A DNA stretch of 64,000 nucleotides from Macrostomum hystrix. Its lineage: Eukaryota; Animalia; Platyhelminthes. The notes below the pieces were generated by a model. That model made no database searches. It had not been told where the DNA came from and saw only the letters and a list, made by a program, of their open reading frames with translations. Where the stretch lies: positions 868,001 to 932,000 of the forward strand of contig CATNEN010000037.1 in assembly GCA_950097015.1 (NCBI GenBank), read 5' to 3'. Made by a program: the position numbers and the translations under genes. Shown here in pieces: positions 48,334 through 60,500 of this stretch (within the stretch, counting starts at the first letter, position 1; each line of letters opens with the position of its first letter).

Positions 48334-49285
48334 CTTGATCAGAGATTTTTTAATAGTTGTAATGAAAGTCCTCTTTTGAAGATACTTTTCATTTTGCTTC
48401 TTTAAAGTTTTATTTTCAAAATTTTGCTTTTTATTGAGATAGATAGAATACCTTTTTTTTCAAACGGATTATTCCTAAATTCGGTCTATTGGATTCATTT
48501 AGATTGTACGGAATTGCATGGTCCGTAATCATTGCTTAATTATTATTCTATTTTATTTTGAATGGAGGGTCTCACAAAGCAGAGGAAATAGATTCAAAGA
48601 CTGCATGGTAAGCGGATCTTTTCAAGTTGGTGCAGAATATTGACAAAAGAAGGCTATGCAATGGGCACTGCAGCCTGTTGATGCCATGATAATTAACGTC
48701 ATTCGTTCACCGCTTTGTTTGGTTCAGCCCTTAGTGTAATTCCTGCTGATCATGAATTTTCAGCAGAACTGAGCAACACAGGCGCACCAGTGCTAGAACA
48801 AGGGCTGGCAACTTATTTTACAACTTCTGACAATAATTAGATCGACACAGCTCAAAACGTCGTGATATTCAATAATTCTGGCAGACGGTAAACTCTTTCA
48901 ATGAGCGCTAATGCATTTAGTACGCACCTGCACATCAGTACAGCTTTGCTAAGCGTTCAAATTTCATCAGCTTGTCGACCAAATGTGTCAGCATCCCTGA
49001 CTTCGGTGTCTAGTGGCCTACACATAGGCAGAACTTCTGGACCTTGAACTGACTAGGGTTGTAATGGCTAAACACAGGGTTGCAAATTTTTTTATTCTCG
49101 CATATCAAACCCTGTATAATGGAACGAGCACTTGGCCAGTTAAAATAAAAATTCATCATTGCGTGGCTGCGTTCAGGCGCTGCGAACAATTTCTACGGAT
49201 GAGAAGTATCCCACAGTACAAAAGCTAGTTAAAAAATTATTCCCCCCCCCCGCAATGACCATTGCAACAGGTCGAGTCTGCAAGT

Positions 49286-50619
49286 ATGGGCCTCTGTCAT
49301 TGTAGAGCAGCGGACAGTGGCGAATGCAACGCCGCCGAAGACGACAATCGGGTTCAAATGACTCAGATGCTGCCAACTGGCAGCAGTGGTGTCGGCGATA
49401 ACGCAGGCGAGCTTTCGAAGGGCGAGAACATGCAACGACTGAGTGAAAGCTGCAGACAACCGTCTGTAGGGTAAGAAAAATGGTCAAGGTTGAAGATCGG
49501 TCGGAATCGGACGCAAAACTCACCGGGCGGTCATGCAATATTTACCTCCTTGATTGAGGGCCAAAACCAAAAGGCACGGTGAGACAAACACACCTGTGTG
49601 CCTACTTGAGATCTGATGTGCGTGGTTGCTTGGATTGAATGGAATGGAAGAATTGCCTCTCGCAGGCGGAATCAGGAATTAAATCGCGATTGTTTGTGCC
49701 AAATTTTGGACAAATCGTCTAGTTGAAGGGAGGTTTCCATATATGCCATGCCGTCCTCAAGAAATCACTGATACTGAACAGAGCCGATATAATTTAAAAG
49801 CTTAGGTGCTGGAGCTCTTTAACCTGCGTAAGCAAGCATGTTTTTTATGAGATTCAAAGAAATTGAAACACTTTGTGATACACTGCAGGCAGGGGGGGTC
49901 GGTGGCAGAGCGGTTAACGCGTTTGCCTCTCGCACCAAGGTCCCTAAGTTCGATTCCGCCGCGAGGCCACATTCATTTGGTGCGCAGCCGCGGAGAGAAG
50001 GCTTGAGGGCGTGTCGTGCAATTTAGGACCAACCTCAAAGGCACAATGAAGTGTACACTGTGATGAGAACGATGAACGATGAGGACGATGAGAAAGCCCG
50101 GGCAGATGTACACACCTGTGTGATCGTGTGCCTGCGTACAGTATCTGTTTGCGTGTGTACTCAGGAGTCAGCGAAACGGGCAGACTTGCCTCCTCGCTGT
50201 CTGCCGGTCTAGTGCCATCAAATTATGTGTCATTGCACACAGCCCTCCTGAAATTATTATTATTACTTATTCCTAGGCAGTTTTTTTACTCAAATAAGAA
50301 CTTAAATAATATAAAATCGCCTTTTACGATTGCCGATCGTCGAAAAGTTTGCTAAGAGAATATTGTTAACTGGCATGTTTTCAAATTCAAGACTATAATT
50401 AAATATTCTGCTTCGTACACTGTGCCTTATCACCTTTGCAGGAGCCCGCAGGCGTCTAGCAGGCGCAACTCGAGCCGCAGACCTGCGTTCCGACCAATTC
50501 CAGACAGCCTGCCGGCGGAGGTGAGGCGCGAGTTGAAGACCCTGGAAGGCATGGTCATCACCGGCTTCCTTTCGTTGGAAAAATACCAAGAGATCAGCGC
50601 CGCGATTATCGCAGCCTAG
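49286..50619 (+). CDS. Uncharacterised small protein (120 aa): N-terminal MGLCHC and a C-terminal SHOCT/DMAP1-binding-like helical pair
   Basis: GC-rich exons 49286-49470 (donor GG|GTAAG, phase 2) and 50442-50619 (acceptor TTTGCAG, phase 2) join in frame. C-terminus reads SLPAEVRRELKTLEGMVITGFLSLEKYQEISAAIIAA*. Acceptor at 49270 upstream of the ATG. Confidence 0.6.
49892..50265 (+). mobile_element. tRNA-derived SINE, family 2, with (ATT)n tail (in the intron of the small gene)
   Basis: A-box TGGCAGAGCGG at 49903-49913, B-box GTTCGATTCC at 49948-49957, tail AAATTATTATTATT. A homologous 5'-truncated copy lies at 41672-41875. Confidence 0.65.
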
Positions 50620-51851
50620 TGGTACGACTATCGCGGCTGAGGTGTCTCGAAGAATGACGCCAGGATTTTGTACTATGCGTCATTCTTCTCGTTTCTTACT
50701 GTTGTTTTTTGAACAGCGCTTGGTCGTAAATCTTCAATGAAGACCATGGAATTGCGATTCCAGCTCAAAGACACTAGCTCGACATTGTACTGTTTTGTCG
50801 AAGTGCCGCGATCGTGACTCGGATCACGTGGTTTAACAACCAAAAATTTTCCAATTGACATTTTACAAACTGTTAACTATATGGAGAATTACTACTATAT
50901 ACCAAATACATAGAGATGTTAATTGCTTAATACGAGTTATCCCTATAAAAAATTCGGCTGCTTCTTCGGCGGGTTTTTGTGCAAAATAGGAGTGGAATCT
51001 ACCAAAATCTCCCCTATCTCGCAAGAGTTAAAGAAACCACCCAGGAAGCAGCCGATGTAACCGTAAATTGTGCGGAAACCGCCGAAGAATCACCCGAACC
51101 AGTGGCCCATGGGACAACCAGAGAATTATTAACGGGCGATTCCTCGGCGGTTTCTGAGCATGGAATCTTCCGAACTGGAAGGCTCTTTGGGTGATTCCAT
51201 TTCGCCACCAAGAAGCACCGAGAAAACGCCCAGTTGGGTAGATTCTAAGTATGGAATCATCCGATTGGTATGTTTCCAGCGTTCGGCTGTTTCTTTTTCT
51301 GGAAACACCGCAGATTCCAACTGAAATCACCCAAAGAAACATCCCTATTTTTTAGCGGGATAGTCGCCATAATCTGGGATAAGAAAGAAGTTAAATTGCA
51401 AAAATCTTGATTTCTTCAAGAAATTCATATACAAGAAAAACTATACTCCCTAAGAGAACATTTCAACATATAATTAGGTACCAAATATTGAATGCGGAGA
51501 ATTATGCGCGTATTAGCGTACTAGCCGACACTATTGTAGACCTAGGGGCACTAATGACTTTCTAAATTCCTAAATGACAGGAAGCACATGAAGTAGACAA
51601 TTCACTCAGTCACACCACACTGAATGCAATATAATGAATAGAATCTGGCCAGGTCGACACGGCGTATAGAATAATTAGGCAGCAGAAAGCAAACACTTTG
51701 TCGGCTAATAAGCCAGAAAACGGCTAGGCTTTCGCTGAGAAAAACTCACTTCGACCAGTAAATTGCGGCTTTGAACTTTTATTGTAGCGAAAGTTACTCT
51801 AAAGTAGTATGCTAATAGATCTAAGCAGTGCTTACATATTGAAGAACAAGC

Positions 51852-52315
51852 AGCTGCGATTCTAGATACCGCTTCTGCTGCGATTCCAGATACCGCTTCT
51901 GCTGCGATTCCAGATACCGCTTCTGCTGCGATTCTAGATACCGCTTCTGCTGCGATTCCAGATACCGCTTCTGCTGCGATTCTAGATACCGCTTCAGCTG
52001 CGATTCTAGATACCGCTTCTGCTGCGATTCTAGATACCGCTTCTGCTGCGATTCTAGATACCGCTTCTGCTGCGATTCTAGATACCGCTTCTGCTGCGAT
52101 TCTAGATACCGCTTCTGCTGCGATTCTAGATACCGCTTCTGCTGCGATTCCAGATACCGCTTCTGCTGCGATTCTAGATACCGCTTCTGCTGCGATTCTA
52201 GATACCGCTTCTGCTGCGATTCCAGATACCGCTTCTGCTGCGATTCTAGATACCGCTTCTGCTGCGATTCTAGATACCGCTTCTGCTGCGATTCTAGCTA
52301 CAGTTGCTGCTTCGA
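51852..52315. repeat. 24-bp minisatellite (CTGCTGCGATTCTAGATACCGCTT) x~19
   Basis: Downstream of the MRPS5 stop. Confidence 0.92.
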
Positions 52316-52468
52316 TTCTAGCTAGAATTTATATATTGACCGCTACGATAAAAAACATTTGCACACATAGCCATATGATTAGATTAAAAAGGCTTTTTTG
52401 ACAATTAGGTCTACAAAGATTTTAAAAGGCTAATGAAGCTAAGGTGCTTTGCAATAAGGTCAGAAAAT

Positions 52469-54511
52469 TCAGTCCGCCTTGGCCTCGCGTCCAACATGGC
52501 AGCTCTGGCTCAAACCCAGCATGCCGGGCAGGAATTTTGGGGGCGGCTGCGACACCTCCGGCCTCAGGTCGCTCAGCATGCAGCGCTCGCGAAATGCCGC
52601 CTCCTGGTTGCGAAATTTGGCCCGCTCGTGACGCCGCTTGCGCTGGCCGAAACCCTTTAGGTAGGCTGGCGGCGGCCGCGGCTTTAGCTGAAGCACCTGG
52701 CCGCCCATGTAGTAGCTGGTCAGGTCACGAAGCCTTTCAGCGTCGCCATCGTCGTTGTCCTCGTTCTCCTGAGGATCGTTGTCGCGCACTCGTCCGTCGG
52801 ACGGCGAGGCTAAGACACGAGGCCGGTCGCCAACAAACTCGACAACATGCAGGCGCTCCCTGTCCGCCAGCTGTTGGAAGGACTCTTGCTGGCGTAGGAT
52901 ACGAAAGAAGGCGCGCATGATGGCCTGGTAGTTGACGCTGCCCTCCACCTGCAATTGGTGAACATTGACTGAGCTGATTGATCGATATCAATCGATTGCA
53001 TTAACAAAATATCGATTAAACTGACAAGATATCGATCGGACAGACAAAATATCGATTAAACTGACAAGATATCGATTAAACTGACAAGATATCGATTAAA
53101 CTGACAAGATATCGATTAAACTGACAACATATCGATTAAACTGACAAGATATCGATTAAACTGACAAGACATCGATCGGACAGACAAGATATCGATTAAA
53201 TTGACAAGATATCGATTGGACTGACAAGATATCGATCGGACAGACAAGATATCGATTGAACTGACAAGATATCGATTAAATTGACAAGATATCGATCGGA
53301 CTGACAAGATATCGATTGGACTGACAAGATATCGATTGGACTGACAAGATATCGATTGGACTGACAAGATATCGATCGGACTGACAAGATATCGATTGGA
53401 CTGACAAGATATCGATTGGACTGACAAGATATCGATCGGACAGACAAGATATCGATTGGACTGACAAGATATCGATTGGACTGACAAGATATCGATTAAA
53501 TTGGAAAGATATCGATCGGACAGACCAGATATCGCTGACTTGGATATCTGAGTAAGTCTCAGATACTAGGACTCTTTGAGCAGGCAAACCAGAGCTTCGA
53601 GCATGTCCTACCTTGGCATACAGATCCTCTATGCCTAGCACTCGGCAGACCTCCCGAATCAGCCGATGGCAGCGCAGGCCGTAGCCGGGCTCCTTCGGCA
53701 GTGCCACCACGCTGGTAGCCTTGTGCTTGGCATAGGCCGGATGCCACAGGGTCCTGCCGCCGTCGCGTAAATCGAAGAACTCCAACCGTTGGCCAGCCCT
53801 ACTATTGGCCTTGCGTAGGGCAACATTTCTATTTGGAGACTTGCTGACAGCGTAGCCAGCCAAGCCACGCTTGTTGCCAGTAACCACCATGGCAGAGAAG
53901 CTCGGATAGCGGCCAAATGTGGCCGTCATATGCGACACCATGCGGAATTCGACAATGCGCGACTCGAAACCGTCAAATGAATAATCCAGCACCGGCAGCG
54001 GCGCATCGATCTTCTGGCCGCCCATTTGGCCGCCCGACCATCCGCGCAGCAGGGGCGGCAGCTTTGGTCGGCCTCGCTTCCTGCCCTGCTTATTGCGCAT
54101 GTCGATAATCCTCGCATTGTAGGCTTCCAAGTTCAGCGAACCCTGCTCCGGCCGTTTCAATAAGCCTCGCTCGTCAGTCATGCGACCTTGCAGCACAGGT
54201 ATGACCAGGTCCTGCTTGTTCATGCCGATTCTCTGGCCCCGATTAAGATCAATGCGCGGCCGCGTCACTCTCCGTTTGCCTCGGCTGCGCTTTTTCTTCT
54301 GGCCCGGGGCGCCCGTGACGCCAATCCAGAGCCGGTCGGAGCTGTAGATGTTCTGAGAGAACACGCTGCCGTAGCTTGCCCGCGGCTGCTGCTGCTGCAG
54401 CGGCCTACAGCTGAGTAGAGGCGACGGGGACCAGGCAGGCGAATGCGGCGCGTGAACACAGGAGGCGCGACGCGCCAAACTGCTCACCACTGTACTCAGG
54501 GAGCGCAGCAT
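52469..54511 (-). CDS. MRPS5: Mitochondrial small ribosomal subunit protein uS5m (~459 aa)
   Basis: Exons 54511-53612 and 52948-52469, joined in phase 0. Arg/Ser-rich transit peptide; GAPGQKKKRSRGKR, GWSGGQMGGQKI, FESRIVEFRMVSHMTATFGRYPSFSAMVVTGNKRGLAGYA, GYGLRCHRLIREVCRVLGIEDLYAK|VEGSVN, QQLADRERLHVVE. Confidence 0.92.
53005..53530. repeat. 20-bp minisatellite (CTGACAAGATATCGATTGGA) x~26, intronic
   Basis: MRPS5 intron 52949-53611. Confidence 0.92.
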
Positions 54512-54774
54512 CTGATGCTCTCAGAGAATTTTCTATATTGCGACCTAAAATAATTATAAACTGTCCCTTCTGAAAGGAGGAGGACAACGCTGCTAGTTAT
54601 AAAAACAATAACCACATTTTACTAGCAAACTCTATGCCCTAGTAAGTTTAAAGGGCGAAGACTTCACAATAGTAAACTTTATTTAAAAAACTATATACTT
54701 TTGTAAGCTCACTTTGAACTGTGCTTCATGAATCTTTGGAATTGGAACCCTCGACACTTTTTTCTGGATCCAAA

Positions 54775-56325
54775 CTCTCTACTTCCTCAGGATCTGAACT
54801 CTCTACTTCCTCAGGATCTGAACCCTCTACTTCCTCAGGATATGAGCCCTCTACTTCCTCAGGATCTGAGCCCTCTACTTCCTCAGGATCTGAGCCCTCT
54901 ACTTCCTCAGGATCTGAACCCTCTACTTCCTCAGGATCTGAACCCTCTACTTCCTCAGGATCTGAGCCCTCTACTTCCTCAGGATCTGAGCCCTCTACTT
55001 CCTCAGGATCTGAACCCTCTACTTCCTCGGGATCTGAGCCCTCTACTTCCTCGGGATCTGAACCCTCTACTTCCTCAGGATCTGAACCCTCTACTTCCTC
55101 AGGATCTGAACCCTCTACTTCCTCAGGATCTGAGCCCTCTACTTCCTCAGGATCTGAGCCCTCTACTTCCTCAGGATCTGAACCCTCTACTTCCTCAGGA
55201 TCTGAACCCTCTACTTCCTCAGGATCTGGACCCTCTACTTCCTCAGGATCTGAACCCTCTACTTCCTCAGGATCTGAACCCTCTACTTCCTCAGGATCTG
55301 AGCCCTCTACTTCCTCAGGATCTGAGCCCTCTACTTCCTCAGGATCTGAACCCTCTACTTCCTCAGGATCTGAACCCTCTACTTCCTCAGGATCTGAACC
55401 CTCTACTTCCTCAGGATCTGAGCCCTCTACTTCCTCAGGATCTGAAGCCTCTACTTCTTCAGGATCTGAGCCCTCTACTTCCTCAGGATCTGAACCCTCT
55501 ACTTCCTCAGGATCAGAACCCTCTACTTCCTCAGGATCTGGACCCTCTACTTCCTCAGGATCTGAACCCTCTACTTCCTCAGGATCTGAACCCTCTACTT
55601 CCTCAGGATCTGAGCCCTCTACTTCCTCAGGATCTGAACCCTCTACTTCCTCAGGATCTGAGCCCTCTACTTCCTCAGGATCTGAGCCCTCTACTTCCTC
55701 AGGATCTGAACCCTCTACTTCCTCAGGATCTGAACCCTCTACTTCCTCAGGATCTGAACCCTCTACTTCCTCAGGATCTGAGCCCTCTACTTCCTCAGGA
55801 TCTGAGCCCTCTACTTCCTCAGGATCTGAACCCTCTACTTCCTCAGGATCTGAACCCTCTACTTCCTCAGGATCTGAACCCTCTACTTCCTCAGGATCTG
55901 AGCCCTCTACTTCCTCAGGATCTGAGCCCTCTACTTCCTCAGGATCTGAACCCTCTACTTCCTCAGGATCTGGACCCTCTACTTCCTCAGGATCTGAGCC
56001 CTCTACTTCCTCAGGATCTGAACCCTCTACTTCCTCAGGATCTGAGCCCTCTACTTCCTCAGGATCTGAGCCCTCTACTTCCTCAGGATCTGAACCCTCT
56101 ACTTCCTCAGGATCTGAACCCTCTACTTCCTCAGGATCTGAACCCTCTACTTCCTCAGGATCTGAGCCCTCTACTTCCTCAGGATCTGAACCCTCTACTT
56201 CCTCAGGATCTGAACCCTCTACTTCCTCAGGATCTGAGCCCTCTACTTCCTCAGGATCTGAACCCTCTACTTCCTCAGGATCTGAACACTACTTCCTCAG
56301 GATCTGAACCCTCTACTTCCTCAGA
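54775..56325. repeat. 24-bp minisatellite (TCAGGATCTGAACCCTCTACTTCC) x~65
   Basis: Produces stop-free (SSGSEPST)n and (PLLPQDLN)n ORFs; bracketed by a plus-strand GTAAGT at 54642 and CCCAG at 56348. Confidence 0.95.
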
Positions 56326-56584
56326 ATATAAGTGTCATTCCAACCCAGGATCTGTAGTTTCGGGATGAAAGCTAAATTATTTTGACGATATGAACAATCC
56401 TAGGATAACAGTGGTTTACAGAAATAGGCAGTCTGTGAGCTGTTACGCACTAACGGGACATTTTAAAGTACTAAAGAAAAATGATCGCAATGAATAAATT
56501 TAAAGCAATTGCTGACAGGTGTCGATTAAAAGGGGCAAGAAAAATAGAAAATGTGAGAACTTATCTAAACAATTTTCTATTTAG

Positions 56585-56916
56585 CAACGGCGCTACCAAT
56601 GACGCGAAGAAATATACAGTCAAATTGAGGGCGCCAAACTTTACTAGTCAGACAGACCAGAATGGACAAGTGAGATCGGGGTTATGGGCAATTAAGGATT
56701 ATCGTGACACTATTTACATGCCGATTAGGGTATGTCAGGTAGATTAAATAGACAAAATCAGACTGGGCAAATCAAACCAAATCGAATGATAAAACAAAGC
56801 TATTGAAAATCGTTGCCTTCTAAATACAATATTTCAACTAGAGGGAGGGTTCCGCATTTCTAATTGTAAATCTAGGATCTCCTAACTATAAATATCTGTT
56901 TCGCGCTTCAAAATAA
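56585..56916 (+). CDS. Candidate last two exons of an unknown plus-strand gene
   Basis: Exon 56585-56729 (TTTTCTATTTAG|, AGG|GTATGT; only one frame open: NGATNDAKKYTVKLRAPNF..GLWAIKDYRDTIYMPIR) joins exon 56842-56916 (REGSAFLIVNLGSPNYKYLFRASK*). AATAAA at 56971. A possible upstream exon ends at 56518. The 5' structure is unresolved and no family is recognised. Confidence 0.4.
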
Positions 56917-57524
56917 CTACCAACTGGTTTGGAACAACATCGATAATCACAACACGTGCTTTCTGATGTAAATAAAACTTATATTAAATTGAAGGGTTTA
57001 ATCTGCTTTTTCAATTATCCTTAAGCCATTCGTTAAGCTAAGCTACTTGTAAGCTACTTACTAGATAGTAGTTTGTTCGCATTTTACTCGTATTATCGGA
57101 ACATAATTCTATGGGTTAGAAAATCCATCAAAATGATTGCCAATAGAATCCATTGGCTAACGCTAACGGGAGATCCTTTTCCAGTAAAATGTATTTAACA
57201 ACATTTCCGTGAACTATACTACTTTCGGCATATGATAAGGGTGGGAAAAAAAGTTTTAATCTGAAGAGCAAGAACAAAAAAGTTTATTAATATATATAGC
57301 AAATTTTTTTCATATTAGAATACACGAGTAATACAAAAGATTGCTTGGTTAAGATGGCAAGTTAAGAGGAATAAGATAAAATAAGAAATATTAATCGCTA
57401 ACTATAGCAATCAGGAAACAGATTTGCATTTTTTAAACCACGCCAAAAATTTTGTCCTTTGAAGGCTGGTGTTATGTATGCAAATGGACAGAAATGTTAA
57501 AGCTAGAACTGCAGTTGTTTCCAA

Positions 57525-60500
57525 TTACTTGATTTGAAGTTCGTCGAATTTTTTTAGTAAATCGTCCCGATCTTTATCTCGCTTTCGCTCCCTGAAATGT
57601 TGGGATGCAAGCGAGCGCTGTGAAAACTGTGGATTATATTATATTGATTATAATAGATAGTGTTTTTCACTAGGTGGAGAGAATATACAGGTGGAGACAG
57701 TAGAGACAGGTGGAGAGAGAAGAGACAGGTGGAGACAGAAGGGACAGGTGGAGACAGAAGGGACAGGTGGAGACAGAAGGGACAGGTGGAGACAGAAGAG
57801 ACAGGTGGAGACAGAAGGGACAGGTGGACACAGAAGGGACAGGTGGAGACAGAAGGGACAGGTGGAGACAGAAGGGACATGTGGAGACAGAAGGGACAGG
57901 TGGAGAGAGAAGAGACAGGTGGAGACAGAAGGGACAGGTGGAGACAGAAGGGACAGGTGGAGAGAGAAGAGACAGGTGGAGACAGAAGGGACAGGTGGAG
58001 AGAGAAGAGACAGGTGGAGACAGAAGGGACAGGTGGAGAGAGAAGAGACAGGTGGAGACAGAAGGGACAGATGGAGACAGAAGGGACAGGTGGAGAGAGA
58101 AGGGACAGGTGGAGACAGAAGGGACAGGTGGAGAGAGAAGAGACAAGTGGAGACAGAAGGGACAGGTGGAGACAGAAGGGACAGGTGGAGACAGAAGGGA
58201 CAGGTGGAGACAGAAGGGACAGGTGGAGAGAGAAGGGACAGGTGGAGAGAGAAGAGACAGGTGGAGACAGAAGGGACAGGTGGAGACAGAAGGGACAGGT
58301 GGAGACAGAAGGGACAGGTGGAGACAGAAGGGACAGGTGGAGACAGAAGGGACAGGTGGAGACAGAAGGGACAGGTGGAGACAGAAGGGACAGGTGGAGA
58401 CAGAGGAGACAGGTGGAGACAGAAGGGACAGGTGGAGACAGAAGGGACAGGTGGAGAGACAGAGGAGACAGGTGGAGACAGAGGAGACAGGTGGAGACAG
58501 AAGGGACAGGTGGAGAGACAGAGGAGACAGGTGGAGACAGAGGAGACAGGTGGAGACAGAAGGGACAGGTGGAGACAGAAGGGACAGGTGGAGAGACAGA
58601 GGAGACAGGTGGAGACAGAGGAGACAGGTGGAGACAGGAGGGACAGGTGGAGACAGAAGGGACAGGTGGAGACAGAAGGGACAGGTGGAGACAGAAGGGA
58701 CAGGTGGAGACAGGAGGGACAGGTGGAGAGACAGTGGAGACAGATATGCAAGACAGACTAAGGTTGCAACTAAAATCGGAACAGATTATTTGCAGAACAC
58801 AACTCAGGCGATAAAAAATCTAGTTTTACTTAGTTTACACAGCAAAACGGAAAAGCTACACGACAATTAATATGATAACGACTCACTTTTGTCTCTCAGC
58901 CTTGTAAGCATTAGTGAGATCGTCAAATAGTTTCGTATTCATCTCCATAAAGCCTTTGAGCACATTATAGACCAATGCTACAATGGTCTGGTTCCAGTGC
59001 TCTCGAGAGATCTTATACAGGGCCGGGAATAGGATCGGCATTAGTACTTCGTTGTTTTCCTCTATTAGTGACATAATGTATTCGTTGTTCCAGTAGAACA
59101 GGGAACGCTCCGCAACCTAGGCGTGAAAAAAATGTGCACTTTTAGATCTGTCAAACACAATTATTGTAAAAACCGTGCATCTATATGACAAAATAATAAT
59201 GTAAACAATACTCAAAGATAGCATTTAGGGAATGTTAAAAGACATTCATCTAAAGAAACTTACAGCCCCGCCTAAGGGAAACTTACAGCCTCCATCTAGG
59301 GAAACCTACAGCCTCCATCTAGGGAACCTACAGACTTCATCTAGGAAAATTTACAGCCTTAATCAAGGAACATTTACAGCCTTGATCAAGGAACATCTAC
59401 AACCTCCATCTAGGAAAACGCACAGTCTCCATCTAGGGAAATCTACAGCCTCCATCTAGGGAAACTAACAGCCTCCATATAGGGAAATTTACAGCCTCCA
59501 TCTAGGGAGATCTACAGCCTCCATCTAGGGAAACTAACAGCCTCCATCTAGGAAGATGCACAGCCTCCATCTAGGAAGATGCACAGCCTCCATCTAGGAA
59601 GATGCACAGCCTCCATCTAGGAAGATGCACAGCCTCCATCTAGGAAGATGCACAGCCTCCATCTAGGAAGATGCACAGCCTCCATCTAGGAAGATGCACA
59701 GTCTCCATCTAGGAAAATTTACAGCCTTGATCAAGGAACATTTACAGTCTCCATCTAGGGAAACTAACAGCCTCCATCTAGGGAAATCTACAGCCTCCAT
59801 CTAGGGAAATCTACAACCTGCATCTAGGGAAATCTACAGCCTCCATCTAGGGAAACTAATAGCCTCCATCTAGGGAAACTAACAGCCTCCATCTAGGGAA
59901 ACTAACAGCCTCCATCTAGGGAAACTAACAGCCTCCATCTAGGGAAACTAACAGCCTCCATCTAGGGAAACTAACAGCCTCCATCTAGGGAAACTAACAG
60001 CCTCCATCTAGGGAAACTAACAGCCTCCATCTAGGGAAACTAACAGCCTCCATCTAGGGAAACTAACAGCCTCCATCTAGGGAAACTAACAGCCTCCATC
60101 TAGGGAAACTAACAGCCTCCATCTAGGGAAACTAACAGCCTCCATCTAGGGAAACTAACAGCCTCCATCTAGGGAAACTAACAGCCCCCATATAGGGAAA
60201 CTTAAAGAGCCAGAATTCGTGAGTATATTTAGGAATTAAAAAATTTCCTACTTACTTGAAAGTGAGAACTGCTTACAGACCGGGCAATCTGACGGAACAG
60301 CGGACGCATGATCTTCTCAAACTGAGCTGGCTCAATAACATCCAGAATCTCTTCAATTTCGCCCAGATACATCACCTCTTTGGCGCTGACAGTCCTAGGC
60401 CAGAATTTGAGCAGTCCCAGCACGACCTGCTCGGTCAGGGTGGAGTCCTTCTCCAGGAACTGAACCACACAGTAAGCCAGCTGTGCGTGAAACATGCCCA

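Noticed and set aside
48780-49090. Minus-strand hAT dimerisation-domain-like peptide (KFERLAKAVL..IERVYRL)
   Set aside because: Similarity is too short and weak to support by eye; it needs an HMM search.
35495-49960. Functional tRNA genes at the A/B-box motifs
   Set aside because: No complete cloverleaf or acceptor stem, anticodon loops differ between copies, and each continues into a shared SINE body.
50050-50112. Possible hammerhead ribozyme (CTGTGATGA..GAAAGCCCGGGC)
   Set aside because: The core is not CUGANGA, there is no stem II, and no U-H cleavage triplet follows stem III.
54721-56368. 528-aa (SSGSEPST)n and 546-aa (PLLPQDLN)n ORFs resembling a mucin or XTEN-like protein
   Set aside because: Two overlapping frames are open only because the 24-bp unit has no stop; there is no signal peptide or unique domain, and the array is bracketed by donor and acceptor sites. 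Not formally excluded.
8814-58870. Long repetitive ORFs such as (KLPEAA)n, (LLPALSS)n, (RLRTGQGQELGPQL)n and ([13 protein letters not shown])n
   Set aside because: Stop-free translations of intronic minisatellites lying between validated splice sites of other genes.
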